Made by a program: the position numbers and the translations under genes. Source: Desulfuromonadales bacterium (GTDB lineage Bacteria; Desulfobacterota; Desulfuromonadia; Desulfuromonadales; JACZKF01). From it: a stretch of 64,000 nt of DNA. Below are positions 27,371 through 37,233 of this stretch, in pieces. The DNA lies in contig JARFUG010000007.1 in NCBI GenBank assembly GCA_029289095.1, positions 9,297-73,296 on the forward strand. The letters are read 5' to 3'. Under the pieces are notes generated by a model. The model worked only from the letters and a program-made list of their open reading frames with translations. It did not search any database and was not told where the DNA came from. The stretch's first letter is position 1; every line of letters starts with the position of its first letter.

Positions 27371-27817
27371 ATGGAGATCATCCTTAAAGAAAACGTCGAA
27401 GGGCTTGGAAACATCGGCGACCTCATCAAGGTCAAGGCCGGCTACGCCCGCAACTACCTCGTTCCCCGCGGGCTTGCCGTGGAGGCGAACACCAAGAACA
27501 TCAAAGAATTCGAGCACCACAAGCGCCAGATGGAGTACAAGGCCCAGCGGCTGCTTCAGGGCTCCCAGGAGCTCAAGGGTCGCATCGAGAAGGTTACGTG
27601 CGTCTTCGCCCAGCGAGCCGGTGAGGAAGGAAAGCTCTTCGGTTCGGTCACCGCGAGCGAGATTGCCGAAAAGCTCTCCGAAGCCGGCATCGAGATCGAT
27701 CGCAAGAAGATCCAGCTTGACGAGCCGATCAAGACCCTTGGAGACCATCAGGTCCCACTGCGCCTCCCCGCCGGGGTCAGCGCCACCATCAAGGTGCAGG
27801 TCGTCGCCGCCGAATAA
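27371..27817 (+). CDS. rplI: 50S ribosomal protein L9
   Basis: MEIILKENVEGLGNIGDLIKVKAGYARNYLVPRGLA. SD GGAGGA lies upstream of ATG 27371. Confidence 0.95.
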   Translation: MEIILKENVEGLGNIGDLIKVKAGYARNYLVPRGLAVEANTKNIKEFEHHKRQMEYKAQRLLQGSQELKGRIEKVTCVFAQRAGEEGKLFGSVTASEIAEKLSEAGIEIDRKKIQLDEPIKTLGDHQVPLRLPAGVSATIKVQVVAAE

Positions 27818-27844
27818 CAGATTCACCCCTGGTCTTGCCTGAAA

Positions 27845-27873
27845 GCCCGAAGGGCGTTTTACGTCCTTCGGGC
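27845..27873 (+). terminator. Stem-loop between rplI and dnaB (possible attenuator)
   Basis: GCCCGAAGG-gcgttttacgt-CCTTCGGGC. Confidence 0.35.
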
Positions 27874-27885
27874 CCCCGGATTCCC

Positions 27886-29262
27886 ATGCTCAACGCCGAA
27901 GCGCCGTCCCATCGACTCCCCCCCCAGAGCCTGGAAGGGGAAATGTCCGTTCTCGGAGGCATTCTTCTGGAGAATGAGGCGTTGAACAAGGCTCTTGAGC
28001 TGCTGCGTCCCGAAGACTTCTATCGCGAAAGTCATCGCAAGATCTTCTCCGTTCTCATCGATCTCTCCGAGAAGAACGAACCCGCCGACCTGGTGACCCT
28101 CACCGCCGCCCTTCAGGCCCGAGGGGAGATCGACGCCGTCGGGGGGAGCGCCTATCTCGCCACCCTCGTCGACTACGTCCCCACTGCCGCAAACATCGTC
28201 TATTACTGCAAGCTCGTCAAAGAAAAGGCCCTCTCCCGGCAGCTTATCAGCGTCGCCACCGAGATCGCCACCCGCGGCTACTCTGGGGGAGATATCGAAC
28301 AGAATCTCGACTGGGCCGAAAAGTCGATTTTCGAGATTGCCGGGTCAAAGAGCCGCCCCTCTTATTTCTCCACCCGGGAAATTCTGAAAGACACCTTCAA
28401 AACGATCGAGAAGCTCTATGATCGGAAGGAACTCGTCACAGGGGTCCCGACCGGGTTCACCGACCTCGATCTGATGACGGCCGGCTTTCAGCCGAGCGAC
28501 CTCATCATCGTCGCGGCCCGCCCGTCCATGGGGAAGACGGCCTTTGCCCTCAACCTGGTCGAGAGCGCCTCGATTCATGCCGAAAAGCCCGTCCCTGCCC
28601 TGATTTTCTCCCTCGAGATGAGCAAGGAGCAGCTCGTTCAGCGTATGCTCTGCTCGGTGAGCAAGGTCGATGCCAGCCGGCTGCGCACCGGCCATCTGGG
28701 CGAGAGCGACTGGCCCAAGCTCACCAACGGCGCTGGACTCCTTTCCGAGGCTCAGATCTTCATCGACGACACCCCCGGAATCTCCATCCTCGAGGTCAGA
28801 GCCAAGGCGCGGCGCCTCAAGTCCGAAAAGGACCTGGGGATCATCGTCGTCGACTATCTGCAGCTCATGACCGGCCACAACGCCGAGAGCCGTCAGCAGG
28901 AGATCTCCGAAATCTCCCGCTCTCTGAAGGCCTTGGCCAAAGAGCTCAGTGTTCCGGTCATCGCTCTCTCCCAGCTTAATCGGTCGCTAGAAAACCGCAC
29001 CGACAAGCGACCCATCATGGCCGATCTTCGTGAATCAGGGGCTATCGAGCAGGATGCAGACGTCATCATGTTCGTCTACCGCGAATCGGTCTACTGCGAT
29101 GCTTGCAAGAAACGCGACGGTTCCTGCGACAAGGGGCATGAGAAGGATGCCGAAATCATCGTCGGCAAACAGCGCAACGGGCCAATCGGCGCCGTTCATC
29201 TGACCTTTCGCGGAGAGTTCACCCGCTTCGAGAACCAGAGCCGTCGAAAAGACGACTTCTGA
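27886..29262 (+). CDS. dnaB: Replicative DNA helicase DnaB
   Basis: PPQSLEGEMSVLGGILL N-terminal domain, Walker A ARPSMGKTAF, IVVDYLQLM, and SQLNRSLENR. The start is uncertain (27835 or 27886). Confidence 0.92.
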   Translation: MLNAEAPSHRLPPQSLEGEMSVLGGILLENEALNKALELLRPEDFYRESHRKIFSVLIDLSEKNEPADLVTLTAALQARGEIDAVGGSAYLATLVDYVPTAANIVYYCKLVKEKALSRQLISVATEIATRGYSGGDIEQNLDWAEKSIFEIAGSKSRPSYFSTREILKDTFKTIEKLYDRKELVTGVPTGFTDLDLMTAGFQPSDLIIVAARPSMGKTAFALNLVESASIHAEKPVPALIFSLEMSKEQLVQRMLCSVSKVDASRLRTGHLGESDWPKLTNGAGLLSEAQIFIDDTPGISILEVRAKARRLKSEKDLGIIVVDYLQLMTGHNAESRQQEISEISRSLKALAKELSVPVIALSQLNRSLENRTDKRPIMADLRESGAIEQDADVIMFVYRESVYCDACKKRDGSCDKGHEKDAEIIVGKQRNGPIGAVHLTFRGEFTRFENQSRRKDDF

Positions 29263-29346
29263 TTTCGCCTTTCACGCGTCTCACCGGCGTTGCATCCCTC
29301 TTTCCTGCCGTTATACTGTCTCCTGCGGTCCCGTCGGGAGTCTGCT

Positions 29347-29760
29347 ATGACGCTGCCCGGAAGCACCCACAGCAGGACCATTGGATACCTCCTCTGGATT
29401 TTCGGGTTCACCGGCTCGCACCGCTTCTATTTCGGAAGGCCGGTTACCGGAACGATCTGGTTCTTCACGCTCGGTCTCGCCGGCATCGGGTGGCTGATCG
29501 ACCTTTTCCTCATCCCTTCCATGCAACGCAAGGCGGGGGTTCGCTATCGTTCCGGAACCATTGATTACAATCTGGCCTGGATCCTGCTGACTTTTCTCGG
29601 TCTGTTCGGCGTGCACCGCATGTATATGGGCAAATGGTTCACCGCCATCGTCTACCTGCTGACTCTCGGGCTCTTCGGTCTCGGATACCTTTACGATTAC
29701 TGGACCTTGAACAATCAAATCACTGAACTCAACAGCGGATCGTTCGAGCCGCTCGTCTGA
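29347..29760 (+). CDS. TM2 domain-containing membrane protein (two TM2 repeats)
   Basis: The motifs GSHRFYFGRPVTG and GVHRMYMGKWFTA are each flanked by hydrophobic helices. Confidence 0.75.
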   Translation: MTLPGSTHSRTIGYLLWIFGFTGSHRFYFGRPVTGTIWFFTLGLAGIGWLIDLFLIPSMQRKAGVRYRSGTIDYNLAWILLTFLGLFGVHRMYMGKWFTAIVYLLTLGLFGLGYLYDYWTLNNQITELNSGSFEPLV

Positions 29761-29785
29761 GGCGGCGCATACGCAAAGGAGGGAT

Positions 29786-30778
29786 TTGATGACGAGGAAG
29801 TGGAGCGCCGGCGAGCTTCTCGAGCTCTCCGGCGGATACTGGCAGGCCTGCGCACTGCATGCAGGGGTGCAACTCGATCTCTTCAGCGCCTTGGGCGCAC
29901 AGAAACTCGGCGCCCGCGAAGTCGCTTCGCGCCTGAAGGCTGATCTTCGCGCCACGCAGATGCTTCTCAACGCTCTGGTCGCCATGGGGCTGCTCGAAAA
30001 GGGCGGGGATCTCTTCTGCAATGGTGAGAGCGCCGCACGGTTTCTGTGCAGGGACTCGCAGGAATATCGCGGGCACATCATCAGCCATCACCACCATCTC
30101 ATGGAAACCTGGGCGCATCTGGATGAGGCGGTGCAGGCCGGGCGTCCCGTGACCTCCCCTGCCGTCGAGGATGAGAAGCGGCGCGAGAGTTTTCTGATGG
30201 GGATGTTCAACATCGCCAGCGAGCTGGCTCCCGTGCTCGTTCCCCAGATCGACCTGGAAGGCCGCAGCCGTCTTCTCGACCTTGGTGGAGGGCCGGGAAC
30301 CTATGCCATCCATTTCTGCCGTCAGCATCCCGAGATGCGCGCCACCGTCTTCGATCTGCCGACGACGCGACCCTTTGCGGAAAAGGTGATCGCTTCTTTC
30401 GGGCTGAATGATCGGATCTCCTTTGTCGAAGGAGATTTTCTAAGGGACAGGATATCGGGCGCCTACGACGCGGTCTGGCTCTCCCATATCCTGCACGGCG
30501 AAGGACCCGCAGGATGTGAGCGTATCGTGCAGGCGGCCATCTCTTCGCTAGAGCCCGGAGCCCTCATCCTCGTACACGAATTCATCCTCGACGACGATAT
30601 GGCTTCTCCCCTTTTCCCCGCTCTTTTCTCGCTGAACATGCTTCTGGTCACCGAATCGGGACAATCCTACTCCCAGGGGCAGATCACCTCGATGCTGCAG
30701 CGCGCCGGCGTCAGGGATGTGCGCCGCCTGGATCTCGAGATCCCTGGGCCCTCCGGCGTCATCGCCGGATATGTCTGA
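29786..30778 (+). CDS. SAM-dependent O-methyltransferase (family-2 / COMT-like with N-terminal dimerisation winged helix)
   Basis: 330 aa with SAM motif LLDLGGGPGTYA, followed by FDLP and GDF. The substrate is unknown. Confidence 0.7.
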   Translation: MMTRKWSAGELLELSGGYWQACALHAGVQLDLFSALGAQKLGAREVASRLKADLRATQMLLNALVAMGLLEKGGDLFCNGESAARFLCRDSQEYRGHIISHHHHLMETWAHLDEAVQAGRPVTSPAVEDEKRRESFLMGMFNIASELAPVLVPQIDLEGRSRLLDLGGGPGTYAIHFCRQHPEMRATVFDLPTTRPFAEKVIASFGLNDRISFVEGDFLRDRISGAYDAVWLSHILHGEGPAGCERIVQAAISSLEPGALILVHEFILDDDMASPLFPALFSLNMLLVTESGQSYSQGQITSMLQRAGVRDVRRLDLEIPGPSGVIAGYV

Positions 30779-30782
30779 ATTG

Positions 30783-30829
30783 CAGGCAAGAGAAAAGCCC
30801 GGGTTTTTCCCGGGCTTTTCTCTTGCCTG
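30783..30829. terminator. Bidirectional intrinsic terminator (21-bp perfect stem)
   Basis: CAGGCAAGAGAAAAGCCCGGG-ttttt-CCCGGGCTTTTCTCTTGCCTG, between convergent genes. Confidence 0.8.
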
Positions 30830-30850
30830 TACAGCATGGGGAGCGCATCC

Positions 30851-32284
30851 TCACTCCTTCCTGACCTCGATCCCCAGCGTCTGGATCTTCTTTCGCAACG
30901 TATTGCGGTTTATTCCGAGAATTTCCGCCGCCCGGACCTGGTTGGCGCGAGTCTTCTCCAGGATGATGTTGATCAGCGGCCGCTCCATCTGGTGAAGAAC
31001 CATCTCGTAGAGGTTGTCCAGATCGTTGACATCCATCTGGGTCAGGGAGGTGCGCAGTTTCTTGCCAATGAGCGCCTCGAGGGAACCTTCATTCTCCTCG
31101 TGCTCGGAGCCGCTCATGAGGTCGGGGAAGTCGGCGGGGGTCAACATCTGATCGGGAGACAGAAGAGCGGCGCGCTGGATCGTGTTCTCCAGTTCGCGAA
31201 CGTTGCCGGGCCAGTGATACTGTTTGAGCAGGGTCATTGTTTCAGGCGTGCACCCGCGGGCGGGAACACCCATTTCCTGGTGGGCGCGCTGGATGAAATA
31301 GGCGACGAGTTGCGGGATGTCTTCGCGGCGCTCCCGCAGGGGAGGCAGGAGAATCGGCACGACATTGAGACGGTAAAAGAGGTCCTCGCGGAATTCTTTC
31401 CGTTTCACCTTCTCCTTCAACTCCTGGTTGGTGGCGGCGACGATGCGCACATCGACGGAAATCGAGGCGCTGCCTCCGGTGCGGGTGATTTCCTTCTCCT
31501 GCAGGACGCGCAGAAGCTTGGCCTGCAGATCGAGGGGCATGTCACCGATCTCGTCGAGGAAAAGCGTTCCGCCGTTGGCCTGCTCGAACTTGCCGAACTT
31601 GCGTTCGGCGGCGCCGGTGAAGGCCCCCTTTTCATGTCCGAAGAGTTCGCTCTCGAGAAGTTCGCGGGGGATCGCCGCGCAATTCAGGGCGAGAAACGGT
31701 TTGCCGAGTCGCGGACTGTTGACGTGAATCGCCTTGGCCACCAGTTCTTTGCCCGTACCCGATTCGCCGGTGATGAGGACGGTGACGTCGGAGGGGGCCA
31801 CCTTGCCGAGGACTTTGTAGACGTCCTGCATCGGCTGGCTGGTGCCGATGATAGTGCGGTCCAGATGGTAGGCTTCCTTCATCTCGTCCTTGAGACGGTG
31901 CACCTCGTCAGAGACCTCGCAGGCGCGCTGCGCCTTGAGAATGATGGCATCGAGGGCGTCGAGGTCGAAAGGTTTGGTGATGTAATCGTAGGCGCCGCGC
32001 TTCATCGCCTCGACGGCATTTTTCATCGATGATTCCGCCGTCATGATGACGACGAGCATTTCGGGGCGATCCTCAAGAAAGGAGCTCAGAAGATCCAGGC
32101 CTGAAATCCCCGGCATCTTGATGTCGAGAACGGCCAGATCGTAGGTGTGCTGCCTGAACAAGGAGAGGGCCTCGTTGCCGCTGGCCGCCAGATCGACCTT
32201 CAGGCCCTTTTTCGTCAGAGTCTTCGAAAGGACCCACCGGATACTCTCCTCGTCGTCCGCGACGAGTACGCGCCGAATAGACAT
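30851..32284 (-). CDS. ntrC: Sigma-54-dependent response regulator NtrC (nitrogen regulation protein NR-I)
   Basis: REC domain (VLVADDE...LAVLDIKMPG), AAA+ domain with GESGTGKE and GAFTGA, and a C-terminal Fis-type HTH (QVRAAEILGINRNTLRKK). Confidence 0.88.
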   Translation of the reverse strand: MSIRRVLVADDEESIRWVLSKTLTKKGLKVDLAASGNEALSLFRQHTYDLAVLDIKMPGISGLDLLSSFLEDRPEMLVVIMTAESSMKNAVEAMKRGAYDYITKPFDLDALDAIILKAQRACEVSDEVHRLKDEMKEAYHLDRTIIGTSQPMQDVYKVLGKVAPSDVTVLITGESGTGKELVAKAIHVNSPRLGKPFLALNCAAIPRELLESELFGHEKGAFTGAAERKFGKFEQANGGTLFLDEIGDMPLDLQAKLLRVLQEKEITRTGGSASISVDVRIVAATNQELKEKVKRKEFREDLFYRLNVVPILLPPLRERREDIPQLVAYFIQRAHQEMGVPARGCTPETMTLLKQYHWPGNVRELENTIQRAALLSPDQMLTPADFPDLMSGSEHEENEGSLEALIGKKLRTSLTQMDVNDLDNLYEMVLHQMERPLINIILEKTRANQVRAAEILGINRNTLRKKIQTLGIEVRKE

Positions 32285-32344
32285 GATTGCAATCCCTTTT
32301 CTCAGAGGCGATACGGCGCGGAGCGCAACTCTCCTGAAGCTCGC

Positions 32345-33442
32345 TCAGCGCAGAAACGGCAGATGGACCGAAACGCTCGTCCCCTGGCCGGGGGAGCTCT
32401 CGATTTTCAGGAACCCCCGGTGCTCGTCGACGATCTTCTGACAGGTCGCCAGTCCGAGGCCGCTTCCGCGGGGCTTGGTGGTGTAGAACGGGGTAAAGAG
32501 CTTGTCGAGATCCTCGGGGGCGATCCCCTTGCCGGTATCCTTTACCTCGATCACGACCAGAGGGGCAGGGCGATTCCCCGGGTTGGTCAAATGGTATTCG
32601 GACGAGATCTTCATCGCGATCTCGACTCTGCCCTTACGCTCGATGGCCTCCCCAGCGTTCTTGACGAGATTGAGGAAGAGGCGCGTAAGCAAGTTCTCAT
32701 CCCCGAGAATGGGAGGGATGCTCGGATCGATATTGAGAAAAAAATCGATCTCCCTGCCGCGGTGCGCCTCTTTCTGGAAAAGGACGATGTCGCCCAGAAC
32801 TCTGGCAAGATGAACCTGCGAGAACCGGGGGGGGCGGGGACGAGCAAGATCCATGAGCTCTTCGATGATACCGTTGACCCGCTCGGCCTCTCGGATCATG
32901 ACACCGGTGTATTCTTTGAGGGGACTTTGCTCGGCGACCTCTCTGTCGAGAAGCTGCGCCGCCCCCTTGATCCCCCCCAGGGGGTTTTTGATTTCATGAG
33001 CGAGCCCCGCCGCCAGAGTTCCAAGGATGGAGAGCCGGTCGGTGCGGCGCACAGCCTCTTCGAGATCCCGCACCCGGGAAAGGTCGCGAACGATCAAAAC
33101 GACCCCTTCACGCCTTCCGTCGTGGGTGTAGATCGGCGAAACGGTCACGCTCACAGGCAATGGAGGCGGGGCCGAGCGCTGAATGACGATATTTTCATGG
33201 TCCGATATCGAGCGACCGTTCTCCATGGCGCTTTTGACGAGATAGAGAAGCTGCTCGTGGCCGGCGAAAAGCTCCTCGTGCGCCTTGCCGAGACATTGGC
33301 GCTCCGAGATCCCGAAGCAGGCCTGCGCGGAGGGGTTGAAAAGGGCGATGCGCCCCTGGCGATCGAGAGCGACGACGGCGTCTTCGAGATTTTCGAAGAC
33401 CTGGGCGTAGAGCGAGTCCCGTGGGGCGCCGTCAGGGTTCAT
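32345..33442 (-). CDS. ntrB: PAS-domain sensor histidine kinase NtrB-like
   Basis: PAS domain (LEDAVVALDRQGRIALFNP), H-box GLAHEIKNPL, N-box LVKNAGEA, and G-boxes DTGKGI / GSGLGL. ATG 33442 overlaps the dusB stop. Confidence 0.82.
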   Translation of the reverse strand: MNPDGAPRDSLYAQVFENLEDAVVALDRQGRIALFNPSAQACFGISERQCLGKAHEELFAGHEQLLYLVKSAMENGRSISDHENIVIQRSAPPPLPVSVTVSPIYTHDGRREGVVLIVRDLSRVRDLEEAVRRTDRLSILGTLAAGLAHEIKNPLGGIKGAAQLLDREVAEQSPLKEYTGVMIREAERVNGIIEELMDLARPRPPRFSQVHLARVLGDIVLFQKEAHRGREIDFFLNIDPSIPPILGDENLLTRLFLNLVKNAGEAIERKGRVEIAMKISSEYHLTNPGNRPAPLVVIEVKDTGKGIAPEDLDKLFTPFYTTKPRGSGLGLATCQKIVDEHRGFLKIESSPGQGTSVSVHLPFLR

Positions 33443-34419
33443 GCCGGACTCTCTTCGGAAACTGTCGCCTGTTCGAAGAACTCCTCGAGAGCGCTGCGCA
33501 TTTCGGCCATCGAAAGGACCTGGTTGATGCGCGATCGAAACGCCGTCGCCCCGCAAAGACCTTTGGAATACCATGCGAGATGCTTGCGCAGGTCCCGCAC
33601 CGCCTTGCGCTCTGGAAAACACTCCAGAAAAAGCTCGATGTGGCGTAGCGCCGCCGCTCTTTTCTCCTGCACGCTCGGAGGCCGCGGGAGGCGATCGTCA
33701 AGACGCAGGAGAATGTCGCGGATGAGCCAGGGGTTGCCGTAACCGCCCCGGCCGATCATCACGGCGTCGCATCCGGTCTGCTCCATCATCCGAAGCGCAT
33801 CGTCGGCACTGAAGATGTCGCCGCTGCCGATGACGGGGAGCGCGATCTCCGTCTTCAGCCGCCCGATCATCGACCAGTCGGCCCGGCCCCCGAACCCCTG
33901 GGCGCGGGTCCGGGGGTGAAGCGTGATCGCGTCGACCCCTTCACCGGCACAGATACGCGCGACTTCCAGGTAATTGATGCTTGCGCTGTCCCAGCCTGCC
34001 CGGATCTTGACCGTCAGAGGAAGGGTGGTGGCGCGGCGCATGGCCCGCAGCGCCGAAGCGATGCGGCGAGGCTCGCGCAAAAGGGCGCTGCCGGCTCCGG
34101 AACGCACGACCTTGTGAACCGGGCACCCCATGTTCAAATCGATGAGATCGCCGTCCTCCCGGACCATGCGAACGGCTTCGGCCAGGGTTTCGGGATCGTC
34201 GCCGAAAAGCTGTATCCCCAGGGGACGCTCCTGAGGATGGGAGCGAAGGAGCTCGCGGGTCCTTGCGCCTGAACGGACCAGTCCGTTGGCGCTCACCATC
34301 TCGGTGAAGACCAGACCGGCGCCGAACCCCTTCATCAGGCGTCGATACGGAAGATCGGATATTCCTGCCATGGGGGCGAGAACAACAGGATTTTTCAGGG
34401 AGAGTGAGTCGTTACGCAT
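33439..34419 (-). CDS. dusB: tRNA-dihydrouridine synthase (DusB / NifR3 family)
   Basis: VLAPMAGISDLPYRRL, IDLNMGCP and TLHPRT motifs. The start is ambiguous (34419, 34446 or 34473). Confidence 0.88.
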   Translation of the reverse strand: MRNDSLSLKNPVVLAPMAGISDLPYRRLMKGFGAGLVFTEMVSANGLVRSGARTRELLRSHPQERPLGIQLFGDDPETLAEAVRMVREDGDLIDLNMGCPVHKVVRSGAGSALLREPRRIASALRAMRRATTLPLTVKIRAGWDSASINYLEVARICAGEGVDAITLHPRTRAQGFGGRADWSMIGRLKTEIALPVIGSGDIFSADDALRMMEQTGCDAVMIGRGGYGNPWLIRDILLRLDDRLPRPPSVQEKRAAALRHIELFLECFPERKAVRDLRKHLAWYSKGLCGATAFRSRINQVLSMAEMRSALEEFFEQATVSEESPA

Positions 34420-34799
34420 AAAGAAATCTGCACATTTTTTACGCATTTTAGCGGGGGGGAGCGCAGAAAGCAAGGGAAAAGACGGGTGTTGTATAAAGGG
34501 GCAGGAAATGAAAGCGTCTCGTGAATACTGTATACAAAATTAACTTGACAACCATCGGTTGACTTGTTAGAAATATACCCAAAAAATGAGATTTAATAAA
34601 TTTTGAATCTTCGCCGCAGAAGTCACCGAATCATTCATCCTTTCGATCATTTATCTCCGATCGTGGCCGCTCTGGTCGCGAGTCGGAACCCTCGCAACGC
34701 TTTTAATACTGTTTTAAATTGCAGTTCGGCAAGAGGTTGTTCGGCCGATGGACCACTCCGATAGTCCATCCATTCCATTCACCACAAGGAGAGAGAGTT

Positions 34800-36134
34800 A
34801 TGGCGACATTGAAAGAGATTCTGGCCCAGAAGATTCAGGAGCACCGCCCCCGCACGACCCGTCTGGTCAAGGAGTTCGGCGACGTCAAGATCGGTGACGT
34901 GACCATTTCTCAGGCCATCGGCGGCGCCCGCGACATCAAGTGCCTGGTCACTGACATCTCTTACCTCGACCCTCAGGAAGGGATCCGCTTCCGGGGCAAG
35001 ACGATTCCCGAAACCTTCGAAGCTCTGCCCAAGGCCCCCGGTTCCGACTACCCGACGGTCGAGTCGTTCTGGTTCTTCCTCCTCACCGGTGACGTTCCGA
35101 CCAAGGAGCAGGTCGATCAGGTCGTCGCCGAGTGGAAGACCCGTCAGATCGTCCCCTCCTATGTCTGGGACACCATCCGTGCTCTGCCCCGCGACAGCCA
35201 TCCGATGGTGATGCTCTCCGTCGGTCTCATGGCCATGCAGAAGGACTCCAAATTCGCCGCCTTCTACAGCTCGGGCCAGTTCAACAAGATGACCGCCTGG
35301 GAGTCCGTCTACGAAGATGCCAGCGACATCGTCGCCCGTATCCCCATCGTCGCCGCTTTCATCTACAATCTCAAGTATCGCAGCGACTTCCAGGTCGCCA
35401 TCGATCCGAAGCTCGACATGGGCGCCAACTTCGCCCACATGATCGGCCAGCCCAAGCCCTACGACGACGTCGCAAGGATGTACTTCATCCTTCACTCCGA
35501 CCATGAGTCGGGCAACGTCTCGGCCCACACCACCCACCTGGTTCACTCGGCCCTGTCCGACCCGTACTATGCCTATGCCGCAGGCCTCAACGGCCTGGCC
35601 GGCCCCCTGCACGGCCTCGCCAACCAGGAGGTTCTCGACTGGACCCTTCAGTTCCAGGAGAAGTACTGCAAAGGTCAGGAGCCGACCAAGGAGCTCGTCA
35701 CCAAGGCTCTCTGGGACACCCTCAACTCCGGCCAGGTCGTTCCCGGCTACGGCCATGCCGTTCTGCGCAAGACCGACCCCCGCTACACCGCGCAGCGTGA
35801 GTTCTGCCTCAAGACCCCCGGCCTGAAGGACGATCCTCTCTTCAAGCTCGTTTCGATGATCTTCGAAACCGCTCCGGGCGTTCTCATGGAGCACGGCAAG
35901 GCGAAGAACCCCTGGCCGAACGTCGATGCCCAGTCCGGCGTCATCCAGTGGTACTACGGCGTGCGCGAGTGGGATTTCTACACCGTTCTGTTCGGTGTGG
36001 GCCGCGCCCTCGGCTGCATGGCCAACATCACCTGGGACCGCGGCCTCGGATACGCCATCGAGCGTCCCAAGTCCGTCACCACCGCCATGCTCGAGAAGTG
36101 GGGCGAAGAAGCCAAGAAGTCGGTTGCCGTCTAA
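34800..36134 (+). CDS. gltA: Citrate synthase, eukaryote-like (type I mitochondrial-like) form
   Basis: 444 aa, MATLKEILAQKI...GGARDIK...LHSDHE...GYGHAVLR...NVD. The sequence style is mitochondrial-type, as described for Geobacteraceae. SD AAGGAGAG lies upstream. Confidence 0.9.
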   Translation: MATLKEILAQKIQEHRPRTTRLVKEFGDVKIGDVTISQAIGGARDIKCLVTDISYLDPQEGIRFRGKTIPETFEALPKAPGSDYPTVESFWFFLLTGDVPTKEQVDQVVAEWKTRQIVPSYVWDTIRALPRDSHPMVMLSVGLMAMQKDSKFAAFYSSGQFNKMTAWESVYEDASDIVARIPIVAAFIYNLKYRSDFQVAIDPKLDMGANFAHMIGQPKPYDDVARMYFILHSDHESGNVSAHTTHLVHSALSDPYYAYAAGLNGLAGPLHGLANQEVLDWTLQFQEKYCKGQEPTKELVTKALWDTLNSGQVVPGYGHAVLRKTDPRYTAQREFCLKTPGLKDDPLFKLVSMIFETAPGVLMEHGKAKNPWPNVDAQSGVIQWYYGVREWDFYTVLFGVGRALGCMANITWDRGLGYAIERPKSVTTAMLEKWGEEAKKSVAV

Positions 36135-36153
36135 GGCAACCTTCTTCACCGAC

Positions 36154-36198
36154 AAAAAAAGAGCGGGGACGCCCATGGGGCGTCCCCGCTCTTTTTTT
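36154..36198. terminator. Bidirectional rho-independent terminator (A-tract / 14-bp GC stem / T-tract)
   Basis: AAAAAAA-GAGCGGGGACGCCC-atg-GGGCGTCCCCGCTC-TTTTTTT. Confidence 0.9.
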
Positions 36199-36302
36199 GT
36201 CGGTGATGTTTGCTGCTTTTCGGAGGCGTACATGGTGCGCCGCACAAGCGATCATGAAATCGACGCCGCCACGGCGCAAAAGGACCGTTTCTCTGCCGAA
36301 AA

Positions 36303-37097
36303 CTATTTTTTTTCCTTTTCCGGGCGCGTTGCAAAGAGCAGCAGTTTCTGATCGGTATAGCTCTCCACCTCTCCGGCGAAGGTTTCGATCTGGAAGTAGT
36401 CGTGGATCTTGGGCGGGGCCTGCATGACAAAGCGGTTCAGACGCTGCACCCCTTCACGATTGAGACCCGCTCTTTTGGCCCACTCCTGAAAATCGTGTGT
36501 CTTGGGGAACGTCTTCGTTTTCTGGACGGTAAAACCGGCGTCCGTGGCCATGGCGATCCATTCGGCCTCGGTGTAGGCGCGAAGGTGCGTCGGGTCGCGC
36601 ATCTTCTCGAGGGTCTGGTAGAACTCGGCGATTTCGGGATCGTCTGGAAGGAGCGTGTCGATGACGACCATCCTTCCACCGCGGCGCAGGACGCGGTGGA
36701 ACTCCCGCATCGCCCGGGGGACATCCGGAAAGTGGTGAGGCGCGATGCGGCATGTGAGCAGGGTGAAGGCGCCCGCAGGGAAAGGGAGATCTTCGGCATC
36801 GGCCTCCCGGAAGGTGACGTTCTCCACCTTCCCTTCCTCACTGATGTATTCCTGTGCGCGCTTGAGCATCTGCATGGTCAGATCCGATGCCACCACGCTG
36901 CGCACCAGGGAAGCGAAATAAAGAGCAGTGTGCCCTCCGCCGCAGGCGACGTCCAACAGGGTGTCTTCCGGAGTTGGTTTGAGCAGTCGGACCGCTTCGG
37001 CGAGATCGTCCCCCCGCGCGAATCCCTGGTTGTGCACGTACCCGTCAGCGGTTTTCGAAAACTGTTCTCGAACGCGTTCCTTGAAGTCCCTGCTCAT
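36303..37097 (-). CDS. Class I SAM-dependent methyltransferase (Methyltransf_11 / UbiE-like)
   Basis: SAM motif LLDVACGGGH, followed by FREADAEDLPF and LRRGGRMVVID. Start taken at MSRDFKERV. Confidence 0.75.
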   Translation of the reverse strand: MSRDFKERVREQFSKTADGYVHNQGFARGDDLAEAVRLLKPTPEDTLLDVACGGGHTALYFASLVRSVVASDLTMQMLKRAQEYISEEGKVENVTFREADAEDLPFPAGAFTLLTCRIAPHHFPDVPRAMREFHRVLRRGGRMVVIDTLLPDDPEIAEFYQTLEKMRDPTHLRAYTEAEWIAMATDAGFTVQKTKTFPKTHDFQEWAKRAGLNREGVQRLNRFVMQAPPKIHDYFQIETFAGEVESYTDQKLLLFATRPEKEKK

Positions 37098-37233
37098 CGC
37101 ATTCTCCTGGTCAGAAAACGAAACCAGTATATCATATCGAACGTTTATGGCCTGTAATTCTCTTGCACATCGCCCTGTCAGAGGGCAGAATCGCGGGAAG
37201 ATAACATGGATTGCGTCCCCTTTGGGAAAAAGC

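Noticed and set aside
30836-36245. Several long antisense ORFs (30836-32032, 32147-33742, 34779-36245) opposite ntrC, ntrB/dusB and citrate synthase
   Set aside because: The reasoning is the same: a GC3-driven open antisense frame, low-complexity translations, and full overlap with well-supported genes.
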